Source of the DNA: Schmidtea polychroa | Lineage: Eukaryota | Assembly: GCA_044892525.1 (NCBI GenBank) | Contig: CM097886.1 | Span: 48,856,001-48,920,000, forward strand | Direction: 5' to 3' | DNA length: 64,000 nt | Shown: piece by piece, positions 46,474-61,463 of the stretch | How the letters are laid out: each line of letters starts with the position of its first letter | Position numbering within the stretch: position 1 is the first letter of the stretch | Notes under the pieces: generated by a model | Database searches by the model: none | What the model was told of the DNA's origin: nothing | Seen by the model: only the letters and a program-made list of their open reading frames with translations | Translations under genes and position numbers: made by a program

Positions 46474-49400
46474 ATGATTAAAAGAAAGCCAAGTCAGTCA
46501 CCAGTTTCAAATGACATTTCTAAATTTGTGAATTTGAATAATGCTAAAATTATTGTAGCATTTTTAATGATTATATTTTCTATATATCATATAAGTATAA
46601 TGCTGAAATTAGGTATACATTTCATATATGTGCTGAAAACCTTAATGCATTATTAGACAATAATTCTTGCAAATATCTTTTAAGAGATGGTCATTTTCAA
46701 AGTAATTATAACTGGCAACCATATGGATGCATGATTCATAATTACACTACCAAGTTAATAAGATGAGTTTTATATTTAATTAAAATTTTATTCAGAGATT
46801 CCAATTTATGTTTTAATTATGTTGCATTTTGGGGAGGTAAAAATCAACTTTCCTTTATTGGAGACTTGTATTTAAAAGAATTTTATCAAACTTTAATTAG
46901 CCATGTATCAGGAAAGTATATTAGTGAAAAATATAGTAAAACACAAAATCGATTTAAATTTGAAAATAAAGATTTATCATTATTTGGAGTACGTTTGCGT
47001 TCAAGTTTCTTTTATTAATTTGAATGTTTTTTAGTGGTTTTTCTTTATTAATGATTTGAATTCATCAATTTCCTATATTAATTCACAATTGAAATCAAAG
47101 ACATATGCAAGGATCAAGCCGTTTTTATTAGTGTCCTTTGGATTAGTAAATGAATTTATTACATTTTTAATGCTTGTTTTCATGAAAATTTAAATTATTT
47201 ATGTGATAGATAAAATTAATGAATCTTGGTTTAATTTTTGGAAAGCGGGTGGGGTTGATTTTGATTGCGTAGTTCAAAGTGGTTTTCTATATCAAATTAT
47301 CGCAAAACAGTCAAATAATGACAAAAAGAAATCAGTAGATAATTTATCTCTTCTTGCTTATGTGACACCAATTGATATACCTAAAGGATAATCCCATTAA
47401 ATTAAGGAGGGGTGCTTGCGGTTATCTCATTCGTATTCCTACAATCGCCATTCATCTCTATACTACACTTTTCCACTTATTGCAGGACTTCACAACAAGG
47501 GCCTGAAGTACGGATTTGTAAACTGGATTGTGTTTTCAGTTATTAACATGATACTCGATTCTTCTTTTCACATCAACTGTTTAAACAAACATATTATTAA
47601 ACTGATGATATTTAAAGTTCAGTGATACCCCAAAGTAACACAATAATCTGATCCACATATTGATCTTTTCTCGTAGGATTTCTTTACCTGGTTGTTGTTG
47701 TTCAATCCGAGTCCTATCAATTAGTAGTCTTTGGGATTTGTCTTCTTATATATATATATTAACCTTTAGGGCCCGACAAGCCGGAAAACCGGCTTCAAAA
47801 TTAGGCATATATATATCTGAAAATCCGGTTTTGCGGCCCGATGATCAAGCGTCATAGTGCAGGGGCTGGTATACCGTGTTATATATACCGTTTAAAAAAA
47901 AATTCAGAATCTGGCTGAATTGTTGTTTGATATTGAGCCTATATACCAAATTTGGCTTGATTATCTTAAACCAGGGGCTAACCTTTTCAAACTTATGGAC
48001 CCCTGAAATGTTAAAAAATTAATAAATTGATAGTAAAACACATACATTTTTTAATAATTATTTATAAATCTGTTTATTCAGCTTCAAACAAAAATAATAA
48101 AAGATTTTTGTAAGTAGTTCCGTGGAGCACTTGGAACCCGTTCGCGGACCCCCTGGGGGTCCATGGACCCCAGGTTAAGAACCACTGTCTTAAACGGTTC
48201 AAAAGTTATAGGCATAGTTAGGAGTAGATAAGTGGAAATATTTATGCGTCTGGGAGCTCAGGAAATGGGAGAAATTAAGCCAGGATTCAAAGGGTTAAAA
48301 TCATTACAAATATCAAAATGAAATTTACGTATTTTTGAATAAATATTGAATAAATATAATGCTGAATGATTAAGGAAAAATTACGTCATATTTATTCAAC
48401 TATATAATTAATTACGTAACTGCAACGCATTACGCTATTCAAATAATCTTTCTGCTGATCTACTTTTCTAATCGCGTCTATGTGAGTGCTCGTTGGATCT
48501 TTGAATTTTTCATGGAATATTCGGATTAATTAATTCGATTTGGGGATTTTTTGTTGTTTTATCGATTCTGTGATTTTTATTGGTTATTTCTGGAATTTTC
48601 GATTTTGAAAAATAAATCTTTCCCAAAGGTTTTTTACTTAATATAATTATGATTCAATTTGAAGTTAGTGGACACGTGCATTGTAACATGTAGCTTGCAA
48701 ATTAGGATTTAAAAATTTTCTAATTGTGATCTAAACACAATAGTTCATCAATAAAAAGCACCAGGAAAAAAAACGGGAGAAAAAAGTGCAATGGCTTAAC
48801 TCAAAAATGGATATAAATTCGTTAGTGTTGACAATGAAACTGACGAAAAAGCTTTTTTCGATATTATTGAAGGTGTTAAAGATCTTGAATCATGAAATGT
48901 TAGTCATCCAGATGGAGGCGACATTGATGATGAAGCTCAGAATATGAAAGGTTCTTTTAGTGATTCAATCATTGACTCGTTGAACAAAAATAATATCAAT
49001 CGGAATTCATCGAGAAAAAGAATGAAAAGCGGTTGATAACAGGGCTTAAGGTTTTGAATTTCCATTTGAAGTTATAATCAACAAGATCAAATAGAGTTTT
49101 CTGTATTCAAATATAGTAAAATTTATCACAAACTGCCATTTATTTTTATGAATAACAATGTAGGTTAACCATACAAGAAAAATTAATAAAAAAACAGTCA
49201 TATACAACAGTAATAATTGTTGGAATTTCGAATTTTCGATAATTTGATTTTTGAGTTGAAGTAATTGGAATTAGATTGTGTCTTGGAAATATCGATTGTG
49301 ATTGGATATTTCGAGTTGTTTTTGTTGTGGAAATAAAATTGAATTTTCTGGAATCGTTGGTTTCTGATTTTAACGTTTTAAATAAAATTGCAATCATGGG

Positions 49401-50873
49401 GACTGGTATAAATGGATTATTATAATGAAAAGAAGATGATAATAGCATTGAAAACAATGAATGACTCTGAGACGCTTACATTTCAAGCAGAAATCGCCCA
49501 ACTGTTGAACATAATTAACGAGTCTTTCTATTTCGACAAAGAAATCGTTTTGCGTGATGTCAATTCAAATTCTTTTTTTGGATACCGCCAAAGAGTTAAT
49601 GATTAAAATTATTTCCGATAAAGATGCTAGAACTTTAAATATTATTGACACTGGAATCGAAATGACAAAAGCAAATTTGATCAACAAATTTATAAGAGCA
49701 CTTCATGCTGGAGCTGATATTTCAAAGATGGGATAATTTGGAATAGGTTTCTACTCATCTTAACTGAGAATCCCATCATCAGAAACACCATGAAACCAAT
49801 CACCAGTGCCGGATTTAGATCTGATAAGGCCCTAGGCTATTTGAAATATGGGGCCCTTTATAAGACCAGATATCATATCTCAGCGACAAATATGATTTTC
49901 GGATACCTAGAGGGATAAACTGAAATACAATTAAGAAGTATAGACACATGAGACTGAGGGAACATAATTTTTCTTGATTATTGTTCTAAATTCCGAAGCT
50001 GTCGAAATTTATCAGTAATCTCTGTTCTCATAATTATGGCTAAACAAACCCTAGGCACAATAGCGCTTTGCCTTTGTTCTTCGAATTGACGTCCTAAAAG
50101 AATTGGATGAAGAGTATGGGACGTTTCAGACATGCGACAGTAGGAAAAATAGTGCTGCAGTATATTTAAGTCGACATGAAAATTTCTCATTCAGACACTT
50201 TTTGGGGCCCTAAGAAAGCAAGGGCCCTAGGCTATGGCTTGTGTAGCCTATACGTAAATCCTGCATTGCCAATCACCGATATGTATGTGATGAAAGTGAT
50301 GAATATCATTAATGAAATTACAAAGTTTTTTTAGATTTTTCACTAAAATATAACAAGTACCTCCATTTCATTAAAAACTTGAGCCTGATTATGTAATTTA
50401 ATTTATATTGTAGTTTGTTATTATTAGGAAAAATATTTGTACTAGCAAATCAAGTAAAAGTTGTTTAATTCCTATGATTTTTTTCAGGTTCCGGATAGTT
50501 TATATTTAATTACACTTCCTAATGCATAAATTCTAGCTATTATATAGATTTACTTATTTTTACTTTAATTACATGTTTTCAGACTAATGTGACATTTTTC
50601 ATGGTTAGTTGACATTCATCATTAATATTTTCCTCATTTGTAATAAAAATAAGACTTTATTATGGTACATGCTTTACGTTTGGTCTCTAAATTAATGTGT
50701 TAATTAAATCATAAAATTAAATATTTACACAATTTGATTTATTAAATTATTTAGGAAATATTTAATAATTCTGTCAATGTTTCAACTGCAATCAAGGACT
50801 ACAAAAGTAGGATTTAAATAAATTGTTATTGTTATTATTCATTTATTATTCATTTATTATTAATAATATTTAA

Positions 50874-50955
<82 letters not shown>

Positions 50956-51522
50956 GTGTACAAGTACTACATAACAATTTTAAATTCTATTTCGAATTCT
51001 GTAAAATATTAATTTCAACTAGTGTTTCTGAAAATTAATAATTTAAATTGATTTTTCTCACGTTTTAAAATTATTCACCTAATTTTGAAACTTCGAAATT
51101 AATATTGATTTATTTAGAGCAACTCATAGATTTGTCATTAAAAATTCAAAAATTACAAGGGATTAAAATAATCTGGATGCTGTTGGGTATGGGTTATAAT
51201 CATTTAATGCAAATTTCTAATTAAATATATATATTGTTTTTTTGCAGAGTATACTTTCAATGAAAATAATCCGCATTTGAATGATTATATTACTCAATGC
51301 AATACATTGGCTATTGAACTTCTGTAAAAAATTTTTATGATTTTGACCTTCATCATAAGTAATATAGTGAGCCACTTGGTGTATTAATATGGCAAAGTAA
51401 TATAAAAATATATCAACAATTGTCGACAATAATGAGAAGCAACGATGAGTCCTATATCAGAAGTCTCAGTACATACTGGGTGCTTATTGTTATTTTTATT
51501 ATTCATAATAATATTAATATTT

Positions 51523-51600
<78 letters not shown>

Positions 51601-52408
51601 TATAATAATAAATTATAATTTTACTATCTGTGAGAATTTTGTATTATCAATTTCATTTAGTATACACAAATATATCTCAATTTATATTGTAACGATGTGA
51701 TGAAATATTTCGATGGAACTTGCTGCAGCAAGGGTGAAGATATAACCACTACTCAAGTTGTAATTTTCGTTTATTTTATCATTTGGTAAGTGTGAGATTA
51801 ATCACAATAATTTCCCATGATGCCAATTCAATATTGTGAATTAATTTATCCCTCAATTCAGGTCAATAATCGCTTTGTATTGCTTTCTCTACGATCGATT
51901 TTGTTTGAATTCCATGAACAGAAACGGTAATTTTTCTCTATTGTGATATTAGTTATTATTATTATTTTTATTGTGAGGTGTTTTCAGATGAGAATTAAAT
52001 ATTTCAATGATTTATTAATATAATTTTAAATGATAAATAATGGACTAATAAAATAACTTTGAAAATAATTTTTCAATTTAAATTTTTAAATTTTTAATTT
52101 GAAAAATTAAATAAACTTTTTTAAAGAAATTTTTAAATAAATATATTTTAAATATCGAATTTTAAAAAATGGTTTTGAAAATATTTTATTCAACGCTGAA
52201 AATTTGTTTGAAAATTATACAATATTTCATTAAATAAATACTTGGACATTAACTTTTGAACCGGATTTAAAAAAAACAATTTAGAAGATATGCTAGCGAC
52301 TTCTAATATGGTGACCACGTCTATGGATTTCTTCATAAAGAAGCTATTTCCAAACGATTATCATAGAGGAGATGATGTTGAAACATTTTTGGTGTATACA
52401 GGAGTTGA

Positions 52409-52442
<34 letters not shown>

Positions 52443-55400
52443 AAATGTTATAAGGAAAGATTGTGGAAGGCATTCGTCAAGAAAACAAGTTTGGCAGAGG
52501 ATTTACAATCTGCTATGTCTTATAAACAGAGGAGTAAGGAGCCCGATAAATTTTTTACTATCATATACGAGTTAGTCGATGAAACATTGGGACATGAATT
52601 AAACAAGGAAAGTTTAACAGAATATCTGCGGGTACACTGTGCAGCCGAGAAGATTTTGAAGCGAGATTTGTGTCTAAGTGACACCAAATGACTCTCCAGA
52701 GGTAATTGGTGGTATAGAAGTGAAGAAAAACATCAAGAAGTTACTCGAATTTCGTATAGTTGCAGAAGAGATCTATGCAGTGAGAGAAAGAAGGCCAGAA
52801 TATGACTCCAGAGGTAATTGGTGGTATAGAGTTGCAAAAACAATTTCGTATACAACTAAAGTGGCCAGTAGAAGAGGTCGAGAAAACGAAGCAAAAGCAC
52901 ATATGCAGTATCGAAGCCAAATCTGATAAGACAATAACGGAGATGGAACGATTTCAAAGAGCAAAGAATACTTTAAAGGTTATAATAAAGATTATGATAA
53001 CCCGATACTACTAAACATTATAAAAAAGAATCAAAATATTTTATGTCTGATAAATGGGACATTGGCTGCACAAAGCTGTTGAAGCATTAAATAGAAACTC
53101 AAGGAAAACCGATAAATATTAAACCTTGAAGACAACCAGTCAACTTGGAAGGTAAAATAGATGAAGCGATAAAAAACTTATGGGAAAACAATATTATCAA
53201 AAAGTGTAATTCGCCATGGAACACTCCATTATTATGCGCCTGGAAGAAAAAAAAGCAAGATACCAGATTATGCCTTGATTTCAGGCAATCTAACCTAGTA
53301 ACAGAGAGACAGGCGTTACTTAATGCCGAATATAGCAGAGATGTTAGATAAATTGGGTGGAGCAAAGTATTTCAGTTCGATAGATCTTGGAAATGCATAT
53401 TATCTATTAGAACTAGAAGACGAATCAGAGTTAAAAACGGCGTTTTCAACCAAATCAGGTCAATACTGTTTTAACAGAATGCCATTTGGAATAGCATCGG
53501 CACAAGGTATGTTTCAGGAACTGATGGGAAAAGTATTAATGGGTACGAGGTATGCAGCAGTATACCTAGACGATATTTAGATATTTACAGAAACGATCAA
53601 TCATCACTACGAAGTTTTAAATGAAGTGCTGGACAAAATTGGAAAGGCGGGTCTTAGGATAAACCCTGAAAAGTGCCATATTCTTAAAGAGGAAGTCTAA
53701 TTTTTAGGTCACATAATCAACAAAGATGGAATACAGACAGACCCGTCAAAGCTAGACGCGATTAAATCATTTGAAAAACCAAAATGTGTTAAGAACCTGA
53801 GAAGCTTCCTAGGAATATGCAATTACTACAGAAGATTTATGAAGGGATACTCAAAAAAGGCAAAAGTTTTAGAAGAGCTATGTGGGTTAAACAACAAAAA
53901 ATTAATTTGGACTGACGGATGCAACATCGCATTCGAAAATATGAAAAATGCTTTAATGTCCTCACCTATTTTAAGGTTTCCAGATTTTGAAAGAGAATTC
54001 ATTCTGGATACTGATGCGAGTTTTATCAGAGAAAGACGACAACGAAAAGGTTATATCATACGGTTCTCATGCAATGAGCAATCATGAAAAGGAGTATTGC
54101 ATAACAAAGAAAGAGTGGCTGGCCATCTATTATTTTTGTCAACACTTCAATCATTATTTATATGGAAAACGGTTCATTTTGAGAACGGACCATAAAGCTA
54201 TCACGTTTATGTTATCACAAAGAAACAAATAATAACGCAATTTCAGATATTAAAATAGAGTATTGAAAAGTTACGGTTCATGCAAATGCAGATATTTTGT
54301 CAAGGAATACATGTGGAATATGCACACAATGTTTATTGGCACACGAAGACGCGAAAGTGGAAAGAATGAAAACCCGAAGAATAAACACGATAGAAAAAGC
54401 TGAAGATTATAAGTGGCAAAATGATAATACAGAAATAGGCAGAAGATACAAGAGGACAAAGTACCTTGCAAAACTTAAAGTGTTACAATTTAAAATCAAC
54501 AATTTTTAATTTTGCTGCACCATGGAAAGAGGTGAAAGATAATACATTTGAAAATGGTTTGTTTGATGGCCAAGATGCAGACATAGATTTAGAAGGGTTA
54601 GAAGTTCCTGATTTCTGTAGGACAATACATAATAATAGTGAAGAAGATGTTTCACAATGGCTAGAAGTTGATGAAGGTGACACTGGGTATGATATCATGA
54701 CTGAAAGTGAAATAGCAGATGAAGTTATGAACCTACAAAATAAGGATGAAAGTGAAGATAGCGAAGAAGAAATAACACTGTAAAAAATGAAGTTATTAGT
54801 GATAAGATCACAGTTCGACATTCTAATAACATTTATTGACTACTCGTCAGATAATGAAATTCTACTATATTATAAGCATTTTCGTAATTTTAGAGAGTTG
54901 ATTATAAAAAATAGGAAACTTCAAAAGTACAAACAAAACTTGATTTCTTTTTCAAATCAGGATTACCAAAAGCAAGCGCGTCGATATCAAACAGAAACAT
55001 TACTACATGATGATTGTCCGAAGACAACTAAATAGAATTTTGTGTTTTATATTTTTATTTATATCTAAATACACTGTACATATTTTCAAGTTTTTTTGAT
55101 TTATTTTAAACCTTTTATATAACGGACACCCATTCCCCGGGTAGTCCGTTATATTGAGGTTTTTATGTATTTTAAAAAACTTGAAAAATGTAAATTTATT
55201 GAAAAAATAGATTTTAAATCACCAACTACTTATAGTTAGTGCAGTGCATTGTGTACATAACTAATGGCAGCAAATGTGCAATAGCAATACATAATTATAT
55301 TATATTTCAAATATACAATTTCGTAATAATTTCATTTTAGTATCTTTACATTTATGATTCAAATGTTAAAATTTAAATTACATTAAATATTTTCATCAAA

Positions 55401-58400
55401 ATAAAAGATCATAAAAAGTTATAAATATTCAAAACCTCATTGGCTTTAATGAACTTCCCTTTACAAATTCTTGATTTTATGAAATATTGATTTAATTTTT
55501 TTAAATTGTCTAAAAATAATTTTTTATAGAAATACGAAAACCCATTCCATTCATACCGACTCATCATCGAACAGGGTCTGATGTTTTACCGATAAACACA
55601 TCATTTTTCATGTCACTTTATGAAGTGTCATTTGCGATGTTAAAACTTGGAGCCATTATGGCGTATTTCTTTATGTGTGATAGGTAATAAGATTTATTTC
55701 GATTGGATCATTTCATAGTTTCTAGAACGATATTTTTTATGAAAGAAAATAAAGCTTATACCCCCATTAGTTTTTTATTACCGTTGGGATATGTTTTTAT
55801 TATCGGAATATTTTTCAGTGATACTAGTCAAAAGGTTTGTTGGTAAATAGATAAAGAATTGACTCACTGACATTTAGTGTGGCACCTTGAATAGGGATAT
55901 TACTGACGAATGGAAAGGATGGTTACAATGTGTCATTTTGGTCTATCACATTACTGGAGCTAGTAAAGTATGCACTCTAAAAATTATGCTGTATATTTTA
56001 CATTTAAATTATTTGATGATATGGATAATAAATAGCAATAAATCTAAATATTTTCTTTAAACAAGGAGCATTTTATCTCCAAATAGTGATTATTTTATTA
56101 GTTCATGTATCTTATGATGATTATTAGGGACTAAATTAAATATTTCAAATAGTGAATTTTTAATATAAATAATAGAAAATGAAATTTAACTTAATGTTAC
56201 TTATAATTTGTGAGCAATATCTATAGTATTTATTAAAAATCTTAACTATGAATAAGTAAATATCGGTTTTTTGATATATTTATGGATTCATAGTCAAGCT
56301 TTCTAATAAATACAATGTCAATTGAAAGGAAATCAGTGGTGAAAATTGAAAAAGTTCTTATAATATATATATACTCCCCGGGAGTTATAATCTCAAATCG
56401 CCACTAAATTACTTATATAGATTGATGACAACAAGTTATAAATACAAACAATATTTTAACTACTATGATTAACATGAAGGAAAGCTATAGCACTTCGATT
56501 TTTCAATACAAATTAGATAAAACAATATGCACCTTAATCATTTAACAATCCTAAAACTTGTCATGTTAATTTTTGTAATCGAAAACATAAAAGATTATGA
56601 TCATCTTTTATACCGGATTTCATATTTAAACATAGTTGCATGCATCATTACACATCTTTACATAAGCATTAATAGCAATAAATAATTAATAAATAACTAA
56701 ATATTCAATAATACTCTTTTCGAAATACGGTCATATATCAGAATTCCTAAATCTATCAAATGTTGATGTTCATTTACGTCGCTAAATGTTCACTTTGCCA
56801 GGAGAAGCGACCATGAGTAATAGATATAAATTTCACTCAAAATTCTATGATAAATCAATGGGAAAGTTTTATTAATTAATATGCTTTAAATAATATATTT
56901 TAATTAATATGTTTTATGATTAATATGCTTAATTTTAGCTAACTTTTGTTGAAAATTCGATCTAAAATCTTTTCATTTACAAATATTTTAAGTGCTCTCG
57001 TCTTTATAATAAATTTGATGGTGATCTGAGATTATCACTTTATTTATGACATTCTTAAGTTGACATCTCTGCTGAGAATATTTTTAAAAACGAGAAGACC
57101 ACAGATAAACCAAGCACACATTTCAATTGGCCATCCAGTGTTAAAAATAACTTTGGAGCAATTGAGTAACGAATTGGATAATATTAATAGATAAGAAACT
57201 ATGATCAAAGGAAGAATCATGTTCAAAATTTGCATATAATGGTTTGGGGGATAAAGTTAAATATATTTTCATTGATGGAATCGTATTTAAGCACATATTG
57301 TAATGGGAATACTAGCGAAGTTGGTAGTTCCAGCGAGAAAGAAAGATGAACTTGATAGTGACAATAAATAATCAAAGAATTGTTCAATCTAAAATCATTG
57401 ATGATGAAACTTGTAATGGTTCAATGAATTTATCAGAGAATTCATTATTGAGAAAGGAGTCAAGTAATGCATTAACAATCCTAGACATTGATAGAATATA
57501 TAAACCTAGTAATTTGAAAGAACTAAGACATATAACATCTTTCAAGGTAAAATTTGTATATCCATACTTCTTTATACTTAATACAAAAAGATAAAAAAGT
57601 ATCTGTAAAGTATCTGTATCTGGATCAATTATTAATTGGTATAATCAGAAAAAGCTCTGCAATGGTAACCAATGATGATCATAATAAGTATGTCTTATGT
57701 ATGATGTTCAAATCAGCGAGACTGTCACTAAACAACCATTTATTAATAATTNNNNNNNNNNNNNNNNNNNNNNNNNNNNNNNNNNNNNNNNNNNNNNNNN
57801 NNNNNNNNNNNNNNNNNNNNNNNNNNNNNNNNNNNNNNNNNNNNNNNNNNNNNNNNNNNNNNNNNNNNNNNNNNNNNNNNNNTTTAAAAACAATTAAATG
57901 ATGATTTAAGCCTTTTGCTGCCAATTATAAATTTAATGAAAAATTGTCAACTATAAGATAGTCCTTTTCAATTTCCTGGAATTTTTAATATTACTTCGTC
58001 AAATTGTTTGATTTGCTTCATCGCCTCCTCTGGTACTGTTACTAATAATGTTTTGTTATCTGTTGGTTGTGATGTAATTTTATTAAGATATTTAAGTGGC
58101 CTGACTTTTATATTATATTATATAAACCCGTTTAATTAATGTATATTAATGCTGCGTGTTTGATTGATTAACCTTGAATGACTGGGTCCTCAAATTATAT
58201 TATTGTTTATAATTTTTCCCAAAGGTACAAGCGTTGTAGACATATATTGTCTAACTGTATTGAATACATTCCTTCTTCTACTTCATTGTTTCTTGTTTTT
58301 ATTAAAGTCCTTATGTTGTTTATCAAGTTGGAATATAATTTTTTTCATTACTTATTGCAAATTTGCTTCGATAATATTGTTTATTGTCTTCATGAACTTC

Positions 58401-61400
58401 TCAATTATATTATAAGAACTTTTTTTCAAATTTCACCACATTGTATTTGATGTAAGAAATCCAAATTAATGATTTTTTTGGTATTATATTTTACCATCAA
58501 ACTTTTGGAAAAACTCAAATATCCCAAGAAGTAGAATGTACAATATTTTTATAAGCAACAGCTTTTTCGTATTCTTCACTTTCTTCAATGCTGTATAAAC
58601 TTATTACTGAAGGTTATTTTTAAATCGATGGTTTAAATGAAAAAAGTTAATTCTGGTTACTAGTATCTTCAAAATTCAATTAATTATTTACCTTAATCAA
58701 ATGCTTGAACGAGGCACAATACTCTTACTTTTTCTCCGAGGACAGCAACATACGGTTTATTGGGATTATGTGGTGTACACATCTGCGCGGTATTGTCGTG
58801 AAAATACAGTAAATATGCATTTGTATAGTATATATTAATCAAATAGGTTTCGTATTTAATTTTCTAATACAAAATTCTCATTTAATAAAACTTGCAACAG
58901 AGGCTCGCATTTCTTGTTATGCGCTATTTTTCGATTGTATACAAAATTTTCATATTTAGCGATTGTGTAATAGGAGCTCACATTTACAATAGTGTTTGGT
59001 TTTATTGTATAAGTTTTCTAATTTTCATTATTTGTTATACATCAACTTGTTACAATTAGCAGATATTTTAATTTTTTAATGAATTATTTTATTATATTAT
59101 TTAAGATTAACAAAAATGTAAAATTAGATTTTGCCTATTTATTTCATGATTCGGTTGTGTGTTTCGAGCTATTTATTCATGACAGGATTTGGTCATTTCA
59201 CGTACTTTTGGACTAAAGGTGATATTGGCATCAGAAGGTTACTTATTGTGAGTTTAATTGATGACTTGAAGTTTGTTTCATTTAATTAAAAATTTATAAT
59301 GCAAAATTCTTAGTGGTATCCGCAAATAATGTCGTTTTTATTGTTAATTTACAAAAGTTCACACAGTTAAAAGTCTTTTCTTTCACATAAAGTCTCTATA
59401 TCTTTCAATAACATTTTCCAACGTGAAACAAACAAATATATTTTTGGGTTTGCGAGTCCGGAAAATTCACAGAATAAAAAATTATTTTAGCTAGAAATAA
59501 TAAAAATAAAATAAAAATAGTTTTAAATATATTTTAAATTAAATAAACTTAATACAAAATTGCCATTTATTATGTGGCACAAACTCGGCACTTGTGCTTC
59601 TGATACATCTCACATTTCCAATATGTCCTTTCTGTTCCCTTATCTTTAAAAAATAAGTGACCGTCTATTAAAAGCTTATTTTTACCCTTTTCGCTCTTTA
59701 TGAATTGAATGGTGATATTGGGCAATTAAATTTGTAAAAATATTAATGATTAAAAACATTTTATATTGATAAGTTTCAAAATTATATTGTATATCTAAAT
59801 CTAAATCTAATTATGCCCAGATATGCCCAGATGCCCGAATTTTCCATTCCGTGAATTTTCCTGGAACCTTTCTATAGAATAAGTCGATAAGAGTTTTTTT
59901 TACTATTAAGTGAATCTATACAAAGCGAATATGCAGTTGTCCGATGGTATCAGAAAGGGAGAATATAAAACATGAATTACAATTATGCAGTCATTATTTT
60001 AAAGTAAACTATTCATTTTCGGTTCCGCTAGTACCTCTTCACGGATGTTAGTTTATGACGAAGTAAATAGTTTAAATAGTTTAGTCAACATAAATCTGTA
60101 AAAATAACTTTCATCTTTTTCATTAACTATTTTAAATCAGTTTGGATTAATTGACTATATATATTTGCTAATTTATTGAATTTTATTGTTTATAGTTTCA
60201 TTTTTTATATTGATAATCATGTGTTCTTATTCGGAAAGAAAGTAAATCGTAAAAGATCAGGAATTGGTCATATGCTATGAATATATACTGTTATGTACCA
60301 TGGAACCTCTACACTTTTATTAAATGATTAAAATTTAAAATTAAAAAAAACCATCAATAAAATATTTTAATTTATTTTAAACTTTTTCGATAAAAGCAAA
60401 TCAATTTTATTGATTAAAAATTATTGAATATTTCTTGGAAACATTTTTAATAAATTCCTACTTCTATTTTTTTCAAAGGTAAATAATTCCCACTGATTAA
60501 TTTTATTAAAATTTTGGTTTGCAATTTGTCTGGTAGTGTTCACCAAAAATGAGGTAAAAATCAATTTTCTTGCCATTCCATTTATTCTTTATTTAATTTC
60601 GTGGCGTTGGATTTATTTTTATTTTTAAAGCTGATTTTGCTTATATTGCAATATCAAAAAGACGAATTTACCACCCATTGAGCTTTTACAGTATTAAGTT
60701 CATATTAGTTTATCTTTCACTGAGAAACACTGAAACACAATTGGGGCTTGCAGGAAAGGAAATACCGAAACTTGACCATACACAGCAATTTTTGTTTGTC
60801 AAATCGATTTGTTCAGAAATATAAAATATTATGAATATTACGTAATTAATTTACTATAGTGTCTTGTTTTTCTTTTCAAGATTATAGGATAGATATCGAG
60901 ATTATAGAACAAACGCAATTGTATCAGTGACGCACTTGTGGCGGTAAGTGTCATCATCGTTTGATACAATAAACTATCAAGTCTGAAACAAAAGGCGAAA
61001 TCGTTCCATTTAAATACTCTAATATAAGTTTTACTTTAAATTTTGACAAAACAACAATGCATTAACTCTTAACATTAAGATAAAAAATAAGCTATTTTAT
61101 ATTTCAAAAAAAATGATTGTGTTTTCGTATTTAATATCAAAATTTTTGTGAGTTATTTATTGGGTCTTTTATTTATATTTTTAGATTTTGTACAAATTGA
61201 ATTTTCTCACATTTTGTTTGTGTTTGACAATGAATCGAGCCTATCAAGTATATTATTTTGTACCCCTAGTATCAGTGTCATTCATAACGATTTACATAAT
61301 ATTTGCTTTATGGCCCATTCATTCTGATTCCTCAAGATGTAAGATTTTGGGATTTGTTGAATTTATTATCACACTATTCATATTCAGTCAAATGTACCGT

Positions 61401-61463
61401 TTCTCTTATGTTAATCAAACTTATCCTTTTAATTGTGGTGATTTCAATTTTACATTCTTATGA
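46474..61463 (+). CDS. CASD1: CASD1-like O-acetyltransferase (multi-exon; 3' end not resolved in the window)
   Basis: [11 protein letters not shown]...[11 protein letters not shown] (~46660-46760); [26 protein letters not shown] (~55885-55947); [21 protein letters not shown] (~59128-59237); YKLNF...[15 protein letters not shown] (~61188). Middle exons only partly traced. Confidence 0.88.
47763..48294. mobile_element. Possible piggyBac-like MITE
   Basis: TTAA-CCTTT ... AAAGGG-TTAA ends; the TIR match is short. Confidence 0.4.
47972..48187. mobile_element. hAT/Charlie-type MITE
   Basis: CAGGGGCTAACC ... GGTTAAGAACCACTG; perfect TSD TCTTAAAC. Confidence 0.88.
49457..49765 (+). pseudogene. HSP90: HSP90 N-terminal pseudogene fragment inside a CASD1 intron
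   Basis: [12 protein letters not shown]...KEIVLRD..SNS; [15 protein letters not shown]; [15 protein letters not shown]; internal deletions, a frameshift and a stop. Confidence 0.88.
49804..50268. mobile_element. hAT MITE
   Basis: CAGTGCCGGATTTA ... TAAATCCTGCATTG; perfect TSD CCAATCAC. Confidence 0.88.
50870..50955. repeat. (ATT)n microsatellite
   Basis: Direct observation. Confidence 0.95.
51520..51600. repeat. (AAT)n microsatellite
   Basis: Direct observation. Confidence 0.95.
52310..54490 (+). mobile_element. Decayed Ty3/gypsy gag-pol relic (different family)
   Basis: SPWNTPL...RLCLDFR; MPFGIASA; YLDDI*; FLGH; [13 protein letters not shown]; LDTDAS; TDHKAI; multiple stops, frameshifts and deletions. 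Confidence 0.9.
54510..55150 (+). mobile_element. Tigger/Jerky-type 3' relic
   Basis: Acidic C-terminal peptide ([27 protein letters not shown]) and a TIR-like end (GTCCGTTATATTGAGGTTT..TGTA). Confidence 0.65.
57752..57882. other. Assembly gap (N run)
   Basis: Direct observation. Confidence 0.99.

Noticed and set aside
48780-49040. piggyBac transposase N-terminal relic
   Set aside because: Only a generic acidic peptide; no DDD core or clear TIRs.
51420-51605. Poly-Asn ORF
   Set aside because: Translation of an (AAT)n microsatellite.
57346-57594. 82-aa ORF as a CASD1 exon
   Set aside because: It lies between exons that are contiguous in CASD1 (…GASK / ILPIYFMIR…) and has no recognisable motif; identity unknown.
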